Source of the DNA: an uncultured Bacteroidales bacterium
GTDB lineage: Bacteria; Bacteroidota; Bacteroidia; Bacteroidales; UBA932
Length of the DNA: 64,000 nucleotides
Assembly: GCA_900321655.1 (NCBI GenBank)
Contig: ONWU01000011.1
Span: 22,340 to 86,339 of the forward strand
Reading direction: 5' to 3'
The notes beneath the pieces were generated by a model. The model worked only from the letters and a program-made list of their open reading frames with translations. It was not told the origin of the DNA and made no database searches. Both the position numbers and the translations under genes were made by a program. This document shows, in pieces, positions 57,579 to 64,000 of the stretch; position 1 is the first letter of the stretch; every line of letters starts with the position of its first letter.

Positions 57579-59500
57579 TTGGTCACCAGCTTTTTGATGG
57601 TACGGGGAATTTCAATGTTCATATAGGTTCCCATAAATTCCCGGGAGCCGGGGCCATAAGCAAATACGGGCACCACGGTGGGCGTATGGTCGTCGGAATT
57701 GTACACGGCCAGGATGTGTCCGCTTTCCAGGTCTCCGTCCAGGAGGGTGAGACCGCCGGTCTCGTGGTCTGCGGTTACCACCACCAGGGTTTCTCCGTTG
57801 GCATCGGCAAACTTCAGGGCCTCGGCCACAGCCAGGTCGAAGCCCAGCTGTTCAATCACGGAGGCGGGGAAACAGTCCGAGTGGCCGGCATAGTCTATCT
57901 TGGCGCCTTCCACCATCAGGAAAAAGCCCTTCCGGGATTCCTGGGACAGTTTCTCGATGGATGCCTTGGTTATGTCTGCGAGGAAGCTGAGGGTTTCCTC
58001 CGTAGCATATCGGCCCATCCGGTTGTCCAGGCAGATGACCTTGCCGGGAGTTTCATTCACCTTGAGGGCGTCCGTGATATAGGTATAGCCGTTGTCCCTG
58101 GTGCCGGAGACCATATCGATCCCGTCGGCCCGGGGATCTTCAAAATAATCCCTTCCACTGCCGCAGATAAGGTCCACCTTGGAAGTGAGCATATAGCGGG
58201 TGATGCGGTCTGTGCTGTCCCTTTCGGAGGTATGGCCATAGAAAACGGCCGGGGTGGCGTCGGCTATGTCTCCCAGGGACACAACGCCGGTGGCCTTGCC
58301 CATTTCCTTGAAATAATCGGCCAGGGAAGGATACTCTACGCTGCCGTCGTGGTTGGAGGCAATGTGGCGGGTCCAGGAGAGTTCACCCGTTGCCAGGGCG
58401 CTGCCGCCGGAAGCGGAATCACCGATGAAATCGTCCTGGGGATTGTAGAACTGGATGCCGATGCTCTTCATCTTGAGGATGCTCAGATCCCGGTTGTTGG
58501 CATACGCGCCGGCCACAATCTGATTGAGGCCCATTCCGTCTCCAATCAGGAAAATCACATTCTTGATCTTCTTGCTGGAGCCGTCGTTCTTATAAGTGGG
58601 CGTATAGGTAGGGATACGCTTTGTCAGCTGCAGCTTCTCATTCTGGAAACCGGAGAAGTCCCGGGTGGCGGCATCCAGTTTCTTGGTACCCGTGACGCCA
58701 GCCTGGACCTGGTGCTTGCCCATAATGAAATTCTTGTTGCCCCAGTCGCTGAAGAACAGGGAAGCCACGGCGGGCTTGTCCGTATTGATGATATCCACGC
58801 CCATTTTCCAGAAGGTGAAATACGCCGTAGTGCCCTCGGGAGCCTCCCAGAAGCGGATGGGCTTGCCCCAGGAATGAACTTTTTCGATGGCGGCCTTCAC
58901 GGCGTCCAGTTCAGGATCTATCATCCTTCCCTTTCCGTTCCACTTTTTGGCGAACATCCGGAAAGAGTTGCTCACCAGGGCCACTCTCTCCAGCTGAGCC
59001 GGGGTATAGATATCCCGGATATCTCCGTCAAATCCCACCCACGCGGGATAGTCCCGGAAATGCTCTTTGGAAGGGACATTGCCGGTAATGGCCACCTGCA
59101 CGCCTTCGGGGCTGCAGAAAACGTCCGGAAATTCTTCCAGCAGGCCGATGACCTCCGTAAGCGTGGGTTCCGTGGCGCTCTTGAGTTCTACCAGCAGCAT
59201 CAGACGGTCTTCAGAGCCCTTCCACATCCGGCCTCCGTTGGCCCGGAAAGTGCGGACAATAGGGTCTACATACATCCTCAGGAGGCTGTTTTCCGGCTTC
59301 AGGTCTTCTATCTCGTGACCTACCAGAAGGGTGCCTTCGTGCAGGAAGACATCCGCCTCGATGGAACGACAGTGCTGGGAATACGCCTCCCAGAAAGGCG
59401 CCGTACGGTTGTAGTCGTTATGCGAATGCAGGATAACGGGCTGCTGGGCCGACAGGGTAAGGGGCAGCAGGGCTGCCAGGGCGAGGAAAAACTTTTTCAT
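57575..59500 (-). CDS. PLC-like phosphodiesterase domain fused to alkaline phosphatase
   Basis: N-terminal HSHNDY, SIEADV, VGH and INTD. C-terminal IGDGMG, DSASGG (Ser nucleophile), EGAKIDYAGH and TADHETGG. Confidence 0.88.
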   Translation of the reverse strand: MKKFFLALAALLPLTLSAQQPVILHSHNDYNRTAPFWEAYSQHCRSIEADVFLHEGTLLVGHEIEDLKPENSLLRMYVDPIVRTFRANGGRMWKGSEDRLMLLVELKSATEPTLTEVIGLLEEFPDVFCSPEGVQVAITGNVPSKEHFRDYPAWVGFDGDIRDIYTPAQLERVALVSNSFRMFAKKWNGKGRMIDPELDAVKAAIEKVHSWGKPIRFWEAPEGTTAYFTFWKMGVDIINTDKPAVASLFFSDWGNKNFIMGKHQVQAGVTGTKKLDAATRDFSGFQNEKLQLTKRIPTYTPTYKNDGSSKKIKNVIFLIGDGMGLNQIVAGAYANNRDLSILKMKSIGIQFYNPQDDFIGDSASGGSALATGELSWTRHIASNHDGSVEYPSLADYFKEMGKATGVVSLGDIADATPAVFYGHTSERDSTDRITRYMLTSKVDLICGSGRDYFEDPRADGIDMVSGTRDNGYTYITDALKVNETPGKVICLDNRMGRYATEETLSFLADITKASIEKLSQESRKGFFLMVEGAKIDYAGHSDCFPASVIEQLGFDLAVAEALKFADANGETLVVVTADHETGGLTLLDGDLESGHILAVYNSDDHTPTVVPVFAYGPGSREFMGTYMNIEIPRTIKKLVTK

Positions 59501-62295
59501 TATTTATAGTATAGGTTTTCTGCAGGAACGCCGGAGAAATGAAGGGCGTTTTCGGCCTTCCAGCTCCAATGGAAAGCCTGTCCTTCGTAATCTTCCAGAT
59601 AAACGATTTTATAGGGATGCATTCCCTTCAGAAGAGGAATGCGGCCGAAGGTGGTGATGGCGCTGTGGGAGCCGTCGTTGTCCACCACCAGGGTGCCGTC
59701 TATCTCCAGGATGGCACCATCGTCACTGGTAAGGGAGAAACTCCAGATGCCATCTTCGGGAATGTCTATGAAGCCGGTGAAAATATACCCGAAATGGTCT
59801 TCCACGGGGGCCAGATCCAAAGTGGGTTCTTGCATGACACCGCTTTTCTTTACAGGACTCTTCTCTACATCTTCCGACCAGGCGAAGGTTCCCTCGTGGA
59901 AGGAATAGCGGCAGCCGTGCCTGAGGCCCTTCAGCTGCACGGGAGCCCGGTATTCGGCCTTGGTGGCCATAGGACAGATCTCGGGAGAAGGCGTCCATCC
60001 CTCCTTGAAAGCGCGGGCGCGGATGCGGGCCGAATGGTCCAGGGCAAAGGGGCCTTTGTACAAAGGGCTGGCCTCGGTGGGAGCGCTTCCGTCCAGGGTA
60101 TAATGAATGGCTGCACCCTCCGTGCGGCAGGAAAGGGTTACGGCTACCGAGCCTTTGAAAAGGGACAGGCCGCCGGAAATGGCGGGCGTAGACACAATGG
60201 GCTTATCGCTGAGGGAATACGGGGCCGGAAAATGGTCCCGGTTGCCGACAGGATAACCGGACAGCTTGAATTCCAGGGTTCCTCCTTCCATAATTTCCTC
60301 ATAGGTGAGGAAGTTGCGCTGAACGGAAACGCCATTCAGTTTCACATCCTCCACATACATCCATTCGGGATGATCCGCCGTGATGGTGAGCGTATTTCCG
60401 CTGCCCAGATGCAGTTCCGCTTTTTTGAACAGAGGAGCGGCAAAGACATATTCTCCGCTGCCGGGACAGACGGGATACAGGCCCAGGGACGAGAGCACGT
60501 ACCAGGCGCTCATCTGGCCGCAGTCTTCGTTACCACAGACGCCCTCCGGAGCCGTGCTGTACATTTCCTTCAAAAGTTCACGCACCACTTTCTGGCTCTT
60601 GGAAGGGGCTTCCAGCCAGTTGTACAGCCAGGCCATATGGTGGCTGGGTTCGTTGCCGTGGGCATACTGGCCCTTGAGGCCGGTGATATCCGAAACGTGT
60701 ACCCGGTCGCTGCGGTCTTCGAAGGTGAACAGGGAATCCAGTGCGGCCAGCATAGGCTCCCGGCCTCCCATCAGGGACGTGTGACCGGCCATGTCGTGCG
60801 GCACAAAGAAGCGGGACTGCCAGGGAATGGCCTCCGTATAATCCCGGGTGCTGGAGATAGGGTCGAAGGGCGTTACCCAGTTGCCATCCGTCTGCTTTCC
60901 TCTCATAAAGCCCGTGGAAGGGTCAAAGACATTCTGGTAACGGAGGGCGCGGGCATCGTATTCTGCCGCGATATCGGCCTTCCCCAGGCTTTCCGCCATC
61001 CGGGCAATGCACCAGTCATCGTAGGCGAACTCCAGGGTCTGGGACACAGACTGGGCCATCTTGTCTGCCGGAACATATCCGTACTGGTTGTACAGGGCCG
61101 ATGCCTGTCCCTTGTTCTTGTTGGAGGAAACCACCATGGCGGCAAGCGCCTCTTCCCCGTCAAAACCGCGGATTCCGTGCAGCCAGGCATCGGCAATGAC
61201 GGGTATACTGTGATAACCGATCATACAGCCCGTTTCCCCATAACCGAGGGGCCAGATGGGCAGTTCTCCCCACTCCCGGTACATCTGAAGCATGCTGGCA
61301 ATCATATCGTTCACCAGGGCGGGGTTCACCAGCGTCTGCAGGGGATTCCAGCTGCGGAAGGTATCCCAGAGGGAAAGGGTGGAAAGATAAGGGGCCGATG
61401 CGGCATCGGCTATATTGTTGGGGCACACCTGGGTATGGTAAAGGCAGGTGTAGAACTGCTCTACGGGGCCGCCTTCCACCGTAATCATTCCCAGAACCGT
61501 ATTCCAGGCATCCGTAGCATCCTGAAGCACCTCGTCGAACTCTTTTCCTTTGGTTTCTGCCAGGCGGTTGGCCTTGGCGGCCTGCACGCTGGCATAGGAC
61601 AAACCAGCCCAGATGGTAAGTTCCTTCGTATCCTCCGGGAAAGTAAGGAGGAGTTTCCCGGTCTCCAGCACTTCGGTTTCGCTGTACGGGACCGAGAAAG
61701 CGGCATTCAGATAGATCTTTCGGCCCTGCACCCAGCCGTTTACCTCTCTGAAAGCACTGATTTCCGTCTTTTCGAGGGGCTTCACCCAGGCCTCCACGGC
61801 CTTGCTTTCCGTTCCGATGCAGTGTTTGGCGTCCACAAGCACCTGGCGCTTTCCTTCCGAGCAGAAGGTGTAGCGGTGCACGCCCACCCGGGGAGTGGCC
61901 GTGAGTTCCACCTCCAGGCCGGAGACTTTTACCTTGTAATAGCCCGGCCGGGCCGATTCATCTTTGTGCCTGAAGACAAGGGGCTTGACTTCTTCCAGTC
62001 CCGGAGTGAAAAGGAAATCTCCAAGGTCTGAGCAGCCGGTACCGGAAAGGTGCGTGTGGCTGAACCCCAGGATGGCGCTGTCCGAGTAATGATAGCCGGA
62101 GCTGCCGTCCCAGCCATCCACCCGGGTATCCGGACTCAGCTGCACCAGGCCGAAGGGCGTGGTGGCGCCCGGATAGGTGTGGCCGTGGAAACCGGTTCCG
62201 TTGAAAACGTTCACGGCATCAATAGGAGATTTGGGGGCATTTGTGCAGCCGAACGCCACCGCAAGAAGAAGGATAAAGAGCTGATTTACTTTCAT
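59500..62295 (-). CDS. GH92 alpha-mannosidase with Fn3-associated and PA14 domains, lipoprotein
   Basis: Motifs GHTYPGATTPFG, SHTHLSGTG, GNEPSHH and GNEDCGQM. Paralog of 22467-25277. Confidence 0.93.
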   Translation of the reverse strand: MKVNQLFILLLAVAFGCTNAPKSPIDAVNVFNGTGFHGHTYPGATTPFGLVQLSPDTRVDGWDGSSGYHYSDSAILGFSHTHLSGTGCSDLGDFLFTPGLEEVKPLVFRHKDESARPGYYKVKVSGLEVELTATPRVGVHRYTFCSEGKRQVLVDAKHCIGTESKAVEAWVKPLEKTEISAFREVNGWVQGRKIYLNAAFSVPYSETEVLETGKLLLTFPEDTKELTIWAGLSYASVQAAKANRLAETKGKEFDEVLQDATDAWNTVLGMITVEGGPVEQFYTCLYHTQVCPNNIADAASAPYLSTLSLWDTFRSWNPLQTLVNPALVNDMIASMLQMYREWGELPIWPLGYGETGCMIGYHSIPVIADAWLHGIRGFDGEEALAAMVVSSNKNKGQASALYNQYGYVPADKMAQSVSQTLEFAYDDWCIARMAESLGKADIAAEYDARALRYQNVFDPSTGFMRGKQTDGNWVTPFDPISSTRDYTEAIPWQSRFFVPHDMAGHTSLMGGREPMLAALDSLFTFEDRSDRVHVSDITGLKGQYAHGNEPSHHMAWLYNWLEAPSKSQKVVRELLKEMYSTAPEGVCGNEDCGQMSAWYVLSSLGLYPVCPGSGEYVFAAPLFKKAELHLGSGNTLTITADHPEWMYVEDVKLNGVSVQRNFLTYEEIMEGGTLEFKLSGYPVGNRDHFPAPYSLSDKPIVSTPAISGGLSLFKGSVAVTLSCRTEGAAIHYTLDGSAPTEASPLYKGPFALDHSARIRARAFKEGWTPSPEICPMATKAEYRAPVQLKGLRHGCRYSFHEGTFAWSEDVEKSPVKKSGVMQEPTLDLAPVEDHFGYIFTGFIDIPEDGIWSFSLTSDDGAILEIDGTLVVDNDGSHSAITTFGRIPLLKGMHPYKIVYLEDYEGQAFHWSWKAENALHFSGVPAENLYYK

Positions 62296-62343
62296 ATTTG
62301 CCAGGATGACTTATGTTCTTGATACTAGTTTGCGTTATCCTTA

Positions 62344-62393
62344 CAAATTTAACAAATTGACCTGTTATTTCAAAAGTTTTTCCTCTAACTTTG
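62344..62393. promoter_or_regulatory. Divergent promoters for the long minus-strand operon and GH20
   Basis: - strand TTTG (62371-62374), 19 nt, TAAATTTG (62344-62351), a full consensus match. + strand TAACTTTG (62386-62393). Confidence 0.78.
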
Positions 62394-62413
62394 CACACAA
62401 TAATTAATTATCC

Positions 62414-63895
62414 ATGAAGAACATCACACCCTTATTTCTGGTAATCCTCGCGTGCGCCTGCCACAGACAGGAACCCACCCCCGGCAGCTGGGATATGTGC
62501 CCCGCTCCCCGCAGCATTTCTTTCGCGGAAGACAGTGTCACCATCCATCCCGGCAAACTGAAAATAAGGGAGATCTCGGACCCCTCCCTGGGGGCCGGTT
62601 TAAAGCCCTTCCAGCAACAAGAGTGCTACAAGCTGGAGGTGAGCAAGAGAGGCATCACCCTTACTGCCGCTTCGGAAACAGGGTTACTTAGAGGCCGTCA
62701 AACCCTGTTGAAAGCCCTTTCGGAGGGCCGGTGCGTGAAACTTCCGGCCGCCACCATCTGGGATTATCCGGAGTTTTCCTACCGCGCCTTTATGCTGGAC
62801 TGCGGACGCCACTATTTCCCCGTGGAAACTATCAAGGATATTCTGGACGTAATGGCCGTTCACCAGATGAACGAATTCCACTGGCATTTGAGCGAAGACC
62901 AGGGCTGGCGGCTGGAAATCAAGAAATACCCCCGCCTCACGGCAGTGGGTTCCGTCCGTGCCGGAGATCCGGTTCCTGGCCAGAAAGACCACAACGGCAT
63001 TCCGCATAGCGGTTTCTACACACAGGCAGAAGCCCGCGAAATTGTGGCTTATGCGGCCGCGAAGGGCATTGAAGTGATTCCTGAAATAGACCTTCCGGGC
63101 CATATGAAAGCCGCCCTGGCTTCCTATCCGGAACTGGGCTGTACCGGAGGTCCTTACGAGGTAGCCTGCGAATGGGGTGTCCTGGATGACGTACTTTGCG
63201 CCGGAAAAGAGCATACACTGGCATTCGTAAAGGATGTGCTTTCGGAGGTTATGGACATCTTCCCCTCCCGCTACATCCATCTGGGCGGCGACGAATGCCC
63301 CAAGGTGCGCTGGGAAGCCTGTCCACACTGCCAATCCAAAATCAAGGAACTAGGTCTTAAGGCCGATGGCAAAAAAACAGCCGAAGAGCTTCTGCAGAGC
63401 TGGTTTATGGACCAGGCCAGCGCATTCGTGGAGGCCCGGGGCCGCCGCAGCATCGTCTGGAATGACGTCCTGGTAGACTGGGGAAACGACGTCATCGGCG
63501 CTCCCTCCCACAACACCGTCATCGCCGGCTGGATGCGGCCCGTCTCTACAGAGATTGCCGTCCGGGAGGGTTACGACGCCATTTTCTGCCCCGTGGGACA
63601 TCTCTATCTGAGCGCGGCCGACGGCAATGCCCTCAAAGGAGAAGCCTACTTCCGACGCGTCCTGGACGCACCGGTCCCCAAGAAGATCCTGGGCGTGGAA
63701 GCATGCCTCTGGTCAGAGCGCGTTTCGGAGCCCGACAGCATCTTGTGGCGCATACTCCCCCGCCTGAGCGCCGTGGCCGAACTTCAGTGGAGCGCGCCGG
63801 CCAGCCGCGACTACTCTTCCTTCCTTCTCCGCGTCAAGCGAATGCAAGAGCTCTATACCGCCCACGGCTGGGCCTGGAACCCCGCGGCAGAATAA
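62414..63895 (+). CDS. GH20 beta-N-acetylhexosaminidase, lipoprotein
   Basis: Motifs MLDCGRHY, FHWHLSEDQGWR, PEIDLPGH, HLGGDE and LWSE. Confidence 0.94.
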   Translation: MKNITPLFLVILACACHRQEPTPGSWDMCPAPRSISFAEDSVTIHPGKLKIREISDPSLGAGLKPFQQQECYKLEVSKRGITLTAASETGLLRGRQTLLKALSEGRCVKLPAATIWDYPEFSYRAFMLDCGRHYFPVETIKDILDVMAVHQMNEFHWHLSEDQGWRLEIKKYPRLTAVGSVRAGDPVPGQKDHNGIPHSGFYTQAEAREIVAYAAAKGIEVIPEIDLPGHMKAALASYPELGCTGGPYEVACEWGVLDDVLCAGKEHTLAFVKDVLSEVMDIFPSRYIHLGGDECPKVRWEACPHCQSKIKELGLKADGKKTAEELLQSWFMDQASAFVEARGRRSIVWNDVLVDWGNDVIGAPSHNTVIAGWMRPVSTEIAVREGYDAIFCPVGHLYLSAADGNALKGEAYFRRVLDAPVPKKILGVEACLWSERVSEPDSILWRILPRLSAVAELQWSAPASRDYSSFLLRVKRMQELYTAHGWAWNPAAE

Positions 63896-63903
63896 ACAAA
63901 CAG

Positions 63904-63947
63904 GAGGGTGACCAAAAAGTCAAATTGACTTAGGTCACTCTCTTTTT
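63904..63947 (+). terminator. Intrinsic terminator after GH20
   Basis: Outer stem GAGGGTGACC / GGTCACTCTC, inner stem AAGTCAA / TTGACTT, followed by TTTTT. Confidence 0.78.
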
Positions 63948-64000
63948 AATGTATGGATGAGGAGTAGGAGTAAGGGATGCCCTCCCGGGGGACTCCGTTC

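Noticed and set aside
63950-64000. Possible tRNA or ncRNA at the window end
   Set aside because: No TTCGA T-loop or CCA end on either strand, and too truncated to call.

Overview
GC-rich Bacteroidales-type DNA, inferred from TAnnTTTG -7 promoter boxes, AT-rich spacers without Shine-Dalgarno motifs, and many lipobox signal peptides. The left end is housekeeping: a recF fragment and a divergent operon of TPR protein, yebC, esterase and GT4. Next come three GH3 genes, a stand-alone FMN-binding protein, an AraC regulator and a rhaBATD rhamnose operon. rhaB is frameshifted by an internal deletion and sits beside a collapsed GH3 relic. From 16801 to 62295 there are 22 consecutive minus-strand genes: 15 glycoside hydrolases (GH2, GH3 x2, GH9-like, GH27 x2, GH43, GH63-like, GH78 x3, GH92 x2, GH106, GH127), four different phosphoesterase genes, a DUF2490-like barrel, an orphan lpdA and an esterase. 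A divergent GH20 ends the window. No SusC/SusD pair, HTCS/ECF regulator, CRISPR array, rRNA, tRNA or transposase is recognisable. The best candidate for an undescribed system is this SusCD-less, mostly lipoprotein glycosidase and phosphoesterase battery, in which a C-terminal PA14 module is shared by glycosidases and a phosphatase. That suggests degradation of phosphodiester-containing glycans or glycolipids. All family calls come from motif recognition by eye, not database searches.
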